A stretch of DNA of 64,000 nucleotides, taken from Mobula hypostoma (taxonomy: Eukaryota). A model generated the notes under the pieces. It was given only the letters and a program-made list of their open reading frames with translations, made no database searches and had not been told where the DNA came from. The stretch spans positions 50,036,001 through 50,100,000 of the forward strand of contig NC_086097.1 of NCBI RefSeq assembly GCF_963921235.1, given 5' to 3'. Positions within the stretch are counted from its first letter, which is position 1. The number at the start of each line of letters is the position of its first letter. Below are positions 1-13,114 of the stretch, one piece after another. The translations under genes and the position numbers were made by a program.

Positions 1-1625
1 CTGTCTGAATGGTGACTACCGAAGCAACAGATCTACAGCAGATGCTATCTCGTTGGTTCATCACACAAACCTGGAACATCTGGAAAGCAAAGAAGCATAC
101 ATCAGGATGTTCTTTTAACATCATCATCCCCTCAAAACTCCAAGACCTGGGCTTCAATACCCCCTTGTGCAATTGGATCCTGGATTTCCTCACTTGTAGA
201 CCCCAGTCAGTTTGGATTGACAAAAACGTCTCCTCCACAATCTCCATCAGCACAGGAGAACCACAGGGATGAGTACCTAATCCCCTGCTCTACTTGCTTT
301 ACACCTACGACTGTGTGTCTAAGTACAGCTCCAACACCATATGAAAGTTTGCTGATGACATCACTGTTTGTGGGCTGTATCAAAGGGCATGTTGAATCAG
401 CATACAAGAGGGAGACTGAAAACTTGGCTGAGTGGTGTAATAACAATAATCTCTCACTCAATATCAATAAGATCAAGGAACTGACTGGAAACTTAAGGAG
501 AAGGAAACCAGAGGTCATGAGCCAGTAACCATAGGTGGATCAGAGTTAGAGAGGGTCAGTGACTTTAAATTCCTGTGTGTCACTATTTCAGAGGACGTGT
601 CTAGGACACATCATATAAAGAACACTGAGGCTGTCTACAGGAAGGGCCAGAGCCGTCTTTATTTCCTGAGGATACTGAGGTCCTTTAACATCTGCCGGAT
701 GATGCTGAGGATGTTCTACGAGCCTGTGGTGGCCAGTGCTATCATGTTTGCTGTTGTGTGCTGGGGCAGCAGGCTGAGGGTGGCAGACACCAACAGAATC
801 AACGAACTCATTCGTAAGGCCAGTGATGTTGTGGGGATGGAACTGGATTCTCTGACGGTGGTGTCTGAAAAGAGTATGCTGTCTAAGTTGCATGCCATCT
901 TGGTTACTGTCTGCCATCCACTACATAATGTACTGGGTGGGCACAGGAGTACATTCAGCCAGAGACTCATTCCACCGAGATGCAGCACTGAGCATCATAG
1001 GAAGTCATTCCTGCCTGTGGCCATCAAACTTTACAACTCCTCCATTGGAGGGTCAGACATCCTGAGCCAGTCCTAGTCCTGGACTTATTTCATAATTTAC
1101 TGGCATAATTTACATATTACCATTTAACTATTTATGGTTCTATTACTATTTATTATTTATGGAGCAACTGTAACGAAAACCAATTTCCCCCAGGATTAAT
1201 AAAGTATGACTATGACTACGACTATGGCTATTATTTCAAAGAAAGCACGACAGAGTCTCTACTTCCACAGACGTCTGCGCAGACTCAGCATGTCATCAGA
1301 AATCTTATCAAACATCTATAGATGTGTGATGGAAAGTGTGCTGAGACTGGCTGCATTACAGCCTGTATGCGACCACCAATGCCTTTGAGTGGAAAATCTT
1401 ACAAAAAGAATATTTGGCCCAGTACGTCATGGGTAAAACCCTCCCTACATTGAGCACATCTACATGCAATGTTGCCATAGAAAAGCAGTATCAATCATCA
1501 AAGATCCTCACCACCCAGGCTATGCTCTTGCTACTGCTATCAGGTAGAAGGTACAGGTGCCTCAGGACCCTCACCACCAGGTTGAAGAACAGTTACTACC
1601 ATACAACCATCAGGCTCAAAAGGAG
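1..1625 (+). mobile_element. Decayed Rex1-like LINE (RT and C-terminal part), interrupted at 621-1225
   Basis: [21 protein letters not shown] and KFADD-like motifs; resumes after 1225 with KKARQSLYFHRRLR. Frameshifts and stops. Confidence 0.75.
621..1225 (+). mobile_element. Younger 5'-truncated Rex1-like LINE 3' end with (TATGAC)n tail
   Basis: Intact ORF end KGQSRLYFLRILRSFNIC...KSFLPVAIKLYN, then 3' UTR, aataaa and a tatgac microsatellite tail. Confidence 0.8.
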
Positions 1626-2201
1626 ATAGCTGCACTCCTTTAAGGATTCATTTAAGGACTCTTAAATTGTTATTCCGTGCTTAAAGTCTTAAAGGACCAC
1701 TATTAACCTAAACTTTTGATTATTGCTGAGATGTTTAGATTTCATAAAATGAATCAAGGGGAAGGCCAGTCTATTTCACAGTTTGTGGCAGTGGTGAAGC
1801 AATTGTCTGAACACTGAGATTTTGGGGAGTCGCTGAATGATACGTTATGCAATAGACTCGTATATTGTCTGCATATTGAGGCAATTCAGAAGTCAGACTA
1901 ACATTGCAGAAGGCAATTGATATTAGTACATTGATGGAGAAGGCAGCTAAAGAAGCACAGCTATTATGCATATCTTCCCAAGTTCCTAAAGTTGCTACTG
2001 ACTTTAAGAATAAGACACCTATTGGCAATCAGTGTTACAGTTGTGGCAAAACTGGGCATTCAGCAAAAGAATGCTGGTATAAGGATTAGTTTGCCGAAGC
2101 TGTGGCAAAAAGGGACATATTGAATGCACCTGAAAAAGCAAAAAGGCACTATCAATCAAAAATCACTTTTGGAAAAGCAAAAGAAACGTGCATAAGATGG
2201 A

Positions 2202-2496
2202 AACAACAGGAATTCTGCAGATGCTGGAAATTCAAGCAACACACATAAATGTTGCTGGTGAACGCAGCAGGCCAGGCAGCATCTCTAGGAAGGGGTGCAG
2301 TCGACGTTTCAGGCCGAGACCCAACGCAGCAGGCCAGGCAGTATCTCTAGGAAGAGGTGCAGTTGACGTTTCAGGCCGAGACCCCTCACTCTTCCTTCAG
2401 TTAGTCCTGACGAAGGGTCTCGGCTGAAACGTCGACTGCACCTCTTCCTAGAGATGCTGCCTGGCCTGCTGCGTTCACCAGCAACTTTTATGTGTG
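2202..2496. mobile_element. Non-coding fold-back Penelope-like pLTR insertion
   Basis: 14-bp TSD GTGCATAAGATGGA (2188-2201 and 2497-2510). Inverted arms ~2240-2322 and ~2414-2496. Internal 62-bp duplication (2261, 2323). Confidence 0.8.
2402..2438 (+). ncRNA. Minimal type-I hammerhead ribozyme motif (Penelope-type)
   Basis: UAGUC-CUGACGA-AGGGUCUCGGCU-GAAAC-GUC-GACUG: both core boxes present, stem I UAGUC/GACUG, palindromic ACGU helix III. Confidence 0.6.
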
Positions 2497-4719
2497 GTGC
2501 ATAAGATGGAGGATACTGAGGATAGACTGAGTGACTCTCACTCTGTGCTTGAAGAAACTTTATCTATTTCAGGACACATCATCCCATAATGTGGGGACAG
2601 TTATCTTACACATCATGCCATGGGGTGAAGAGTGTCCAGTTGCTTTCATATCAGACATTAAGCAAGACAGAAAGCCACAATGTCCAGATTGAGTGGGAAG
2701 CACTCGAATTTTCTTTGGAGTTAGGAAATAACATAAATTTCTCTTTGGTCGATGATTTACATTATTGACAGATCATTGCCCCTTGACGTCAATTTTTGGT
2801 CAATATGCTGGCATTCCTTCCCTAGCAGCTAGTTGAATTCAACGTTGGGCTCTGTTACTATCTTTGATATACAGTACAGGAGGTCCAAGCACCATTTGAA
2901 TATTAATGGACAATCCAGACTTCCCTTAGCTGTTACAGCGCCAGAGAAATCCCCGAAAGAGATTTTTTACTTCAAGGAATTACCTAGAGCTCCAATAACT
3001 GCACACAAGTCTGGAATCACACATATACTGACCCTGTTCTATCTAAAGTGATGGACATTGTGACTCACAAATGGAAAGAGAGTCAACTGAAACCTTACCA
3101 GACTCAAAGAAAGTAGATCACAGTACAAGCACCGTGTTGTCATTCCTCCCCCATTAAGAAGGCAAGTGCTTGATGAGCTACGTGCAGGGCACTGTGGCAT
3201 AGTCTGCGTGAAAGAAATTGCACACAGCTACTTCTGGTGACCAGGACTGTATGTAACCATTGAAGGGAAGGCCAAAGCATCTCTACACAGTCAGAAAGTG
3301 AGAAGTGTTCCTCAGCTTGCTCCTTTAAATCCATGGGCATGGCCTGCAAAACCATGGCAGAGGATTCACATGGATTTAGCAGTACCTATAGAAGGCCACA
3401 TGTTCTTGGTCATCACACACTGCAAGTGGCCTGTGTTTGCCATTATGAAAATACATATTTGCACTGCATATGAAAAATGCATTGAGGAGCTACATTCCAT
3501 CTTTAGCTGCTTTGAGCTTCCTCAATAGTTTGTAAGTGACAATGGCACACAACTTCTGTCTGAAGAGTTCAAGGCATTTATGGAAACAAATGGTATTCAG
3601 CATATCAAGTCAGCACCATATCATCCAGCTGCTAATGGCCTTGCTGAACAATTCATGCTTACAATGAAACAAGCCCTCAAGATATCAGTGGGAAATGGAT
3701 CCCTCAACCAGGATCTTAGCACTTGCTTACTGACATACCGCAGCATACCTCACTCCACCAACAAAATGGGTCCAGCCATTGCACTGATGAAAAGACAGCT
3801 TTGTATCTGGCTTTACCCTCAAATACAAAACAGATTGTGCTGAATGAACAGAATACTCAAGCAGAGAGACATGCCAAAGTGAAGTACAGAAATTTCTCAG
3901 CAGGAGAGAGAGTAATTGCCTAGAACTACATCTCTGGAACAAAGTTGATACCTGTGATGGTGTTCTGTGTCATACACAGTGGAAACTAGTAACCACAACA
4001 TCCTGAGAAGGCTGTTGACAGTTGTTGCCCACTTCTGAGGCAACTGAAAACCAGCATAAACTGACCGATCCAGATCCAGTTGTAGAAATGGGACATGATT
4101 CTGAGATAACAACTGCAGAACTTCCATTAAGATCAAATATCACAGCCAGTGCTCCCCATTAACAGTACTTTATGAGGTACCCCCTGACTATGCAGTACCT
4201 AAGCTAAGATCTATACGTACACCACCAAGAGATGAAATTACTTTGGTGTCATCGCCAGGTCATTGGTACTCTCCCAGGAACAGGCAGCCTCCAGACGGAT
4301 TGAATCTTTCGTGACTATCCTTCAGCGCATTAGGCAGAATAATACCCAGGGTTAGGAATGTGAATGGGAATAGGGGCTGTCTACCCTCTGTCCCTAGTTT
4401 AGAAAAAAAATTGTTTTTTTTGTTGTTGGTTGAATTTGATGATTACTCCATTGAATGTTAATAGTTCAGCAGAAGGGGAGAAACCTTTAAAATAAGGGGG
4501 GTGGGGGGGGAAGAAGGATATGTTATACATTCATGCATATTTTGACCCTTACGGGTTGCCATACTGATCATAATGATGTAATGTGAGAGGACATTCTGGA
4601 ATGAAGACTTACAAGTGAAATAAACTGTGCGTGTTTTGTTTTTTCACGTCCCCCATCTCTCGTGTATTATTTATAACCACCCAGCTCCCCAGCACCACAA
4701 ACTTACATAACTCAAATGA

Positions 4720-4925
4720 ATATTGAAAGATTTGGATAGAGTGGACATGAAGTGGGTATTTCCAGTAGTGGGAGAATCTAAGACCAGAGGGCACAGCCTC
4801 AGAATAAAAGGATTTCCCTATAGGCCAACAGTGCTTCCAGTACCAGATATAGAAAGGCTTGGATCTTTTTCCCGTGGTACAGTTAAAGTTAAAAGGGAGA
4901 AATAGAATGATTTCCTGATAAGTAT
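4720..4925 (+). mobile_element. CR1 LINE 3' fragment
   Basis: LDRVD...FPVVGESKTRGHSLRIKG motif. Confidence 0.65.
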
Positions 4926-5979
4926 ATCTCAAAGGCTGCTCTCAGTAACAGCATTAACATTTCATGATAAGGTTCAGTGACAGTTATGAGGTACAATAGG
5001 AAGGAAAACAACCCTCCCAGTACCAGTGCCATTCTCAACATAAGGCGTGTGTTCCCTTCATAAGGCTTTGTAGCTTGTTGTCAATCATGCTCTCTCCTGA
5101 CTCTGAAGGTCTTTTTCCTATAAAGTGTTGAAGAATTCAAATATCACTGGTTTTCAAGACCTGCAAGAAGTCCAGGTATGACATACGAAAGTTTTTGTGA
5201 GAGCAAAAAGGTAATTCTTTGTGAGGTTAGAGACATGGTCGGATGACACATGATAGCTGTAGCAGGCTTTGTTTACCATTTACTTCATACAGGATGAGAG
5301 CTAACAGCATAAATGGCTGTAATGATTCACTCTCTGATGAGCTCAATGCCTTTTATGCACACTTTAAAAGGGAAAATAATGTTACTGTTCATCTGTGTGA
5401 ATCTCTACAGCATCTGGCAACCCTGTGATCTCTGTCCTGGAGGCTGATATCAGGATGTCCTTCAAGAGGGTGAAACTTTACAGGCTACTGAAAACATGTG
5501 CCAACCAACTGGCTGGAGTGTTCAAGGACATGTGCAACCTCACTGCTGCAGTCAGGGGTTCCCCCGCTTCAAAAGGTCATCAATCTTAGAAGTGCAGGAT
5601 GAGGTGCCTCAGGGACGTTCACCCAGTAGTGCTCACGTCTACCATGATGAAATACTTTGAGAGGTTGGTCATGGCTAGAATTAACTGCTGCCTAAACAAG
5701 GAGCCACTTCAATTTGCCTACCACCACAACAGGTCTGCAGTGGACGAAATCAAACTAGCTCTCCCCTCAGCTTTGGAGCACCTGGACCACAGCATTACTA
5801 TGTCAGGCTGCTGATTATTGATCACAGTTTGGCGTTCAACGCAATCAATTCTTCAGTACTAATCAACAAGCTTCAAAATCCCGGTCTCTGCAACTGGATC
5901 CTTGACTTCCTCATCAGGAGATCACAATCTCCACCTCGTTGACAATCTGCACAGGTGCACCTCAAGGATACATGCTCAG

Positions 5980-7515
5980 GTCAAGTACTCAGGATGTGTG
6001 CACACAGCTCACTGATGTCTTCACAGATATCTTCAACACATCACTTATCCTGTGGGGGTTACTGTCCCCACATGCTTCAAATTAGCCACCATCATATCTG
6101 TACCAAAGTACTTTACACCTTCAGAACTACCATCATCATGATGTACTTTGAATGGCAGGTAAGGGCATGTGTCAAAACTCCATCTCTGCCACACTGGACA
6201 CCCACTAAAATGCTTACTGACAGAATCACTCTTTGACATGTAGCATCTGTCATGCACCTGGGCCTGACACACTTAGAAAACAAGGACATTTATGTCAGAA
6301 TGCTGGTTCTGGATTTCAGTTCGACATTCAATACTATTGTCCCACAGACCTTGGTGAACAAACTCCTACTCCTGGGTTTAAATACACCACTGTACAACTG
6401 AGTGTTGGACTTACTAACAAACAGGCTTCAGATATCCAGGATGCACAACCATTCTTCCTTCCCCATCATCCTCAACACAGGTGCTCCCAGGATTGTGTGC
6501 TAAGCCCACTGCTGTACACTCTGCTCACACATGGCAGCATAGCCAAACACCTGAGTAAGTACATTGCTGTTCGCTGATGACATGACAGTGGGTCTCATCA
6601 CTAAGAATAATGAGATAGCCTACAGAGAAGAGAGGAGATGGAAGAGCTTGAGGCCTGGTGCCAGCTAAATAACCTCTTCCTCAATGTCAGCAATTCAAAG
6701 GAGATGGTTATCAACTTAAGGAGAACTTGCACCACTCACACCCCTCTTTACATTGGTGGCACAGGGTGTAAACTGTGAGCAGTTTGAAACTACTGGGAGT
6801 GCCCATCTTGCACAACCTCTCATGGTCCCAAAACACATTGTACACAATCAGGAAAGCTCACAAATGTGTCTACTTTCTGAGGAGTTTGAAGAAAGCTGAA
6901 CTATGCAGATCTATACTCGTGTCATTCTACAGATACACAGTAGAGAGCATGCTAACAAGCTACATCACTGCATGGCACTGCACAGAAACTTTACTGCAGC
7001 AGTCAGGAAGGTTCTACAATGGGTAGTCCAAAGTGTCTAACACATCATCAACACCAACCTACCCACCATCAAGGACATATATGCAAAAAGGTGCCAGAAA
7101 AGGGAGAGTATCTTCTTGAAGGATCTCACCCACCCTGTTCAAGGACTGTTTGTCCCACTCCCATCAGGGAGGAGGCCACGTAGCATCCACACCAGTACCA
7201 CCGGAGTCAAAAACTGTTATTTTCCTCAAGAAGTAAGGCTGACCAACAACCCCACCCACTAATGAACCTTTCCACATCTCCAAACACTACTACTTTATCA
7301 TTTCCTGTCAAGTACCTTATGTATAGACACATCTGTGCCTAGTGTTACTTAATGGGCATACCATCAATCTATGTATATAAGATATCTTAAGTATTTATTT
7401 TTATTGTGTTGTTTACCTTATTGTGTTTTTTTGTGCTGCTTCAAATTCAGAATAACAATTATTGTGTTCTCTTTTACACTTGGGGATTGAAAATAACATT
7501 AAACAAACTTAACTC
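5980..7515 (+). mobile_element. Nested Rex1-like LINE (RT to 3' end)
   Basis: [29 protein letters not shown] and KAHKCVYFLRSLKK motifs; AT-rich 3' UTR. Confidence 0.7.
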
Positions 7516-8587
7516 TTAGCTACTGCTTAAGTCTCTCTACAGTCATGATTGTGTGGCTAATCACAGCTCAAACACTATCTGTAAGTTCACCGATGACACC
7601 ACACTATTGGCAGAATCTTGGATGGCGATGAGGAGGTGTACGGGAGCAAGATAAATCATCTGATTGGTGCTGCAACAACAACTTTGTTCTGAACATCAGC
7701 AAGACCAGAGGATTCATTGTGAACTTCATTTAAGAGAATACACACCAGTCCTCATAGAAGGGTCAACAGTGGACGGGTGAACTTCAAGTTCCTTGGCATC
7801 AGCAACTAGGAGGATCTATCCTGGGCCCAACATATTGATTAAATCATGAAGAAGGCACAACATTAGTATACTTCATTAGGAATTTGAGGAGATTTGGCAT
7901 CTAGGATCAACTTTAGTTTTCATATACATTTACATGTATTAGGAATTTGCTGTAGAGTGTTGCTTAGGGCATGGCATGAAACAAAAACAACAACATTCAA
8001 CTATTATAAAGAATAAAGAATTACATAAAAATAAAGTTTGAGGTTAAAGTAAGGATATGGAATAAATCGTGCATAAATATCAGCATCTATTTACAATGAA
8101 ACCCATGTTATAAAATGTGGTTTAAAGTATTTGCAGTGCAGTGTCGAGGGTAATAGATGGAGAGTGGGGTGGCTACCTAGAATGGTTGATCAGATTAACT
8201 GCCTGTGGGAATAAACTATTAAGATGGCGTGATGTTTTTGTTTTCAACAGCCCTCCAGAGTTTTCTAGAAGGGAGCTTTAGGAAAAAGCAGTTTGCAAGG
8301 TAGATAGAGTCCACAATGATTTTCCTGCTGCTTCATTGCTGCGGACACATACAAGTCCTATAGTGTTGGTAGGCTGTAGCCAATGACCTTCTCTGCTGAC
8401 CTGACAGTTCACTGTAGTTTTCATATATTGTGAGAGGATGCTACACTAATCCAGACAACAATGACTGATGTGAGGCTGTTCTCTATGATGGGAGTGTGGA
8501 ATTTCACCAATATGTTCTGGGGAAGATGGAGTTTTACCAACTGCCACAAGAATTACATCCTCTGCTGAGTCATGGTTCTTCCATAGG

Positions 8588-9666
8588 TGTCATAATGGGG
8601 GGCGTTGGGAACGGACCCAAATGCAAGACACAGACACTGAAGTACTAGGAACAGGAACGGACAAAACTAAATGACAGGACAGGATACAGACTAGGAGTAG
8701 GGACAGGAATACAGACTAGACTAGGGAAGCAGGACCAGAACGAGGGTATAGGGAACAAGGAGCCTGGGCGTGGACTCCGAGCCAGAGACTGGACAAGGAC
8801 CCGGAACCTGGGTCTTGACTTGGGCTCGGACCCCAAAACTAGGGGAAGATGTGACGAGGCTTGGATTCTTGGAGACGGAGCGAAGACATGATAAGTCTTG
8901 GGTTCTTGGAAACCAGGCGAAGACGTGACGAGGCTTAGGTTCTTGGAGACCAGGTGAAGACGTGACGAGGCTTGGGTTCTTGGAGACCTGGCAAAGACAT
9001 GACGAGGCTTGGGTTCTTGGAGACCGGGTGAAGATGTGATGAGTCTTGGGTTCTTGGAGACCGGGCGAAGACGTGACAAGGCTTGGGTTCTTGGAGACCA
9101 AGCAAAGACATGATGAGACTCGGGTTCTTGGAGACTAGACGAGGACATGACGGCGCAAGGGTACTTTGATGCAACTCCTGGGCAGGAAGCGGGACTCCAC
9201 CCCATGGAGGCAAGGACAGGGAGGGGTAGACCCAGCTGCAGGGTAACAGCAAATGGCCTGGCTTACCCAACAGAGGCAAGGGACAGGAAGGGGCAGAACC
9301 AACCGCAGGGTAATGGCAAATGGCCTGGCTTACCCGATAGAGGCAAGGGACAGGAAAGGAGCTAGGTCCGGGGTGGCTTCAAGACTCGAGGCGGCCAGTA
9401 ACCTTGGCGGGCTAAGGAACAGCCAAATCCATATCCCGATGACTGCACTAGCCTTCCACCGGTGGGTTGCTCCAAGGGGAGTCTGACGAGACGACCCAGC
9501 AACCACACTCGATCCCAGGGCCACTTATATTCCCAGCCCCAAGATAAGCATCAGGTGCTTATGGTCAAGTCCAACCGAAACAAGGGACAGCTAGAAGACC
9601 CAGAGTCCGGAGTCCACGGACCGGACCATGAACTGGAATGCAGACTTCACGGACCGGAGCATGACA
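8588..9666. mobile_element. Solo LTR (TGTCA...TGACA) with internal minisatellites
   Basis: Terminal TG/CA with short inverted ends; 5-bp TSD ATAGG/ATATG (one mismatch); shares motifs with the element at 59511-60869. Confidence 0.7.
8845..9153. repeat. 37-bp minisatellite, ~8.3 copies, inside the solo LTR
   Basis: Unit gaagacgtgacgaggcttgggttcttggagaccgggc starts at 8845, 8882, 8919, 8956 ... 9141. Confidence 0.95.
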
Positions 9667-11861
9667 ATATGATGTCCTGCAAAATAATGATGCCCAGAAA
9701 CCTGAATCTTGAAACAGTGCTAAATGTAGAGTTGTTGATGATGAGTGGGTGGAGAGAAGACAAATTTCTCCTGAAGTTGATAAACATCTCTTTGGTTTTG
9801 AGGGCCTGCAGCTCCAAGATGTTCTGCCTGCACAAGGACATTAGCTTGCTTACTTTCTGATAGTACATGGATTCATTGCCTCTGGTTTATCAGGTTAACT
9901 CATGGATCACTGGGGACACAGTCATTGGTGTATCAAGAAAATAAGAGAGGGGAGAGAACACACCCTTATGGTGTACCAGTGCTGAGTGAGTGGGGTGTGG
10001 AAATGTGCTTGCCTAGTCTCAGTGTCAGAGAGGAAGTTTGTAATCCACCAGCAGGTGGGACCTGGTACATTAAGCTTGGAGCATTTCTCTTGCAGAGGCT
10101 GAGGGGTAGTGGCTTTGAAGGCTGAACTGAAATCAACAAAGAGAATTTTGACATATGTCACCAAAGACACTATCAAGTTTCTACAAATATACTGTGGAGC
10201 ATTCTGACTGGTTGTATCACTGTCTGGCATGGATGCTTCTATGTCCAAGGTCACAAGGGGCAGCAGAAGGTTGTAGACTCAGCTGCTCCATCACAGGTAC
10301 AAGTCTCCACCATCCAGGATATCATCAAAGGACAGTGCCACAAGAAGGCTGCATCCGTCATTAAGGACCCTCTGGGAAATGTCTTCCGCATTACTACCAT
10401 AAGAGAGGAGGTAAAGGAACATGAAAGCACACACTCAATATTTTGGGAACAACTTCCTCCCTTCTGCCATCAGATTTCTGAATTGTTCATGAACACTGCC
10501 TCACCATTCCTCTTTAGTACTATTTATTTATTTTATTTTTATTGTAGCATAGTAAATTTTTTAATGTTTTGTATTGTAATACAACAAAACAGCCAATGTC
10601 ATGACATATGTCATGATAATAAACCTGATTATGATCCATTAGCATGTAGTTGTCTGTATGTAGCCCCAGTGGAAGTGAAAACATCTAGTATTATTCTGAC
10701 GGGTGCAATTATACAACGATATTAATGAAGGAATATTTTAAGCTGTAGGCTAGAGATGTATCGATGGTTGCTACATTGGCAACATTACTGACAATCACAT
10801 CACTGATCTTTACTGGAGTGATTGGAGGTAATTAGAGTTGCTAGGAATTCATTATGCATACATCTTTGGAAAGAACGACCAGCATCTCTTGACTTGTTCA
10901 ACTTGACAACGATATGAAGCATTTTTTGATACTGAGTGATCATGCTTGTGGTATTCAAAATGATACTCAGAGTCCTCATTTCTTCAAGAGGGGGCACTTG
11001 GCACATTTTACACACCACAGTTCCAAGGAGACGCTGGATTGTGCATAATTAGGTACTTGGTAGGGACCAATAATAAGAAGTTAGGTTGAAGTGGAGCAGT
11101 TATTATGTGATTTGGCCAGTGTTGGAGTGGGGAGTTAAGGATTTGGCTCATTGAGGTTAGGAGAGGGGAGGTAGTTGGCCATAGGTTGATTTGGTTTTCA
11201 TTATTTATTCTTTAATTCTTTCTTATTGCACAGTTACAGCAGTGGAGATACAGGTAGGATACTGGAATGCTCCGCTTGCAGGGTGTGGGAAGGCAGGGAG
11301 ACTTCTTCACCTGCAAGAAATGCATCCACCTACTGCTTTTAACAGACCGTGTTAAGGATTTGGAGCTGGAACTGCATGAACTCCAGATCATTTAGGAGGC
11401 TGAGGGGTTGATAGACAGGACTTACAGTGCGGTATAATAGTTAAACCCAAGATGCAGGATACAGGTAACCAAGTGACTGGAGATAAAGGGATAAGTAGCC
11501 AGTGCAGAATACTTCTGTGACTGTCCCACTCAACAACAGGTACTGTTGAGGGGATGACCTAACAGAGGAAAGCCACAGCAATCAGGTCTCTGGCACTGAG
11601 TCTGGCTCTATGGCTCAGAACGGAAGGGTGGAGAAGAGGTGAGCTGTGGTGATAGGGGATTTGTTAGGAGAACAGAAAGGAGATTCTGTGGATAAGATTC
11701 CTGGTTTGTTGCCTCTTGCGTGCCAGGATAAAGGATATCTCAGATTGCATCCATAGCATTCTTAAGTGGGAGAGTGAACAGCCAGAGGTCGTGGTCCACA
11801 TTAGTACCAATGACATAGGTAGGATGGGTGACAAGGTCCTGCAAAGTGAGTCCAAGGAATT

Positions 11862-13114
11862 GTGCATGGTAGGTCATGTTTGACCAATCTATTGTAGTTT
11901 TTCAAGGAGGTTACCAGGAAAGTGGATAAAGGGAAGGCAGTGGATATTGTCTACATGGACTTCAGTAAGGCCTTTGACAAGCTCCCGCATGGGAGATTAG
12001 TTAGGAAAATCCAGTCGCTAGGTATACATGGAGAGGTGGTAAATTGGATTAGACATTGGCTCAATGGAAGAAGCCAAAGAGTGGTAGTAGAGAATTGCTT
12101 CTCCGAGTGGAGGCCTGTGACTAGTGGTGTGCCACAGGGATCAGTGCTGAGTCCATTGTTATTTGTCATCTACATCAATGATCTGGATGATAATGTGGTA
12201 AATTGGATCAGCAAATTTGCTGATGATACAAAGATTGGAGGTGTAGTAGACAGTGAGGAAGGTTTTCAGAGCCTGCAGAGGGACTTGGACCAGCTGGAGA
12301 AATGGCAGATGGAGTTTAATACAGACAAGTGTGAGGTATTGCACGTTGGAAGGACAAACCAAGGTAGAACATACAGGGTTAATGGTAAGGCACTGAGGAG
12401 TGCAGTGGAACAGAGGGATCTGGGAATACAAATACAAAATTCCCTAAAAGTGTCGTCACAGGTAGATAGGGTCGTAAAGAGAACTTTTGGTACATTGGCC
12501 TTTATTAATCAAAGTACTGAGTATAAGAGCTGGAATGTTATGATGAGGTTGTATAAGGCATTGGTGAGGCCGAATCTGGAGTATTGTGTTCAGTTTTAGT
12601 CACCAAATTACAGGAAGGATATAAATAAGGTTGAAAGAGCGCAGAGAAGGTTTACAAGGATGTTGCCAGGACTTGAGAAACTCAGTTACAGAGAAAGGTT
12701 GAATAAGTTTGGACTTTATTCCCTGGAGCGTAGAAGAATGAGGGGAGATTTGATAGAGGTATATAAAATTATGATGGGTATAGATAGAGTGAATGCAAGC
12801 AGGCCTTTTCCACTGAGGCAAGGGGAGAAAAAACCAGAGGACATGGGTTAAGGGTGAGGGCGGAAAAGTTTAAAGGGAACATTAGCGGGGGCTTCTTCAC
12901 AGAGAGTGGTGGGAGTATGGAATGAGCTGCCAGACGAGGTGGTAAATGCAGGTTCTTTTTTAACATTTAAGAATAAATTGGACAGATACATGGATGGGAG
13001 GTGTATGGAGGGATATGGTCCGTGTGCAGGTCAGTGGGACTAGGCAGAAAATGGTTCGGCACAGCCAAGAAGGGCCAAAAGGCCTGTTTCTGTGCTGTAG
13101 TTTCTATGGTTTCT
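11862..13114 (+). mobile_element. Young 5'-truncated CR1 (RT) with (TTTCTATGG)n tail
   Basis: 225-aa ORF with DFSKAFD, GVPQGSVL and FADD; 4-bp AATT duplication (11858-11861 and 13115-13118). Confidence 0.9.

Larger units (their letters stand above)
1690..4699 (+). mobile_element. Decayed Gypsy-like LTR retrotransposon (gag, RNase H, integrase, PPT, 3' LTR ~4521-4699)
   Basis: CCHC knuckle CYSCGKTGHSAKEC; integrase motifs PWQRIHMD and SAPYHPAANGLAE; purine tract directly before TGTTATA...CACCACA. Confidence 0.8.
7901..10152 (-). mobile_element. Nested antisense Rex1-like LINE, itself interrupted by a solo LTR
   Basis: Minus-strand YVKILFVDFSSAF and KTKEMFINFRR motifs. Confidence 0.7.
5150..10635 (+). 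mobile_element. Old Rex1-like LINE split into three pieces (~5150-5978, ~7517-7900, ~10153-10635)
   Basis: RT motifs continue across the insertions: TGAPQG|..YSHDC..KFTDD and RRFG|MSPKTL. Confidence 0.7.

Noticed and set aside
8645..9279. 37-bp repeats as a CRISPR array, and the repetitive ORFs over them
   Set aside because: Head-to-tail units with no spacers, inside a solo LTR in vertebrate DNA; the ORFs just cycle through the repeat frames.
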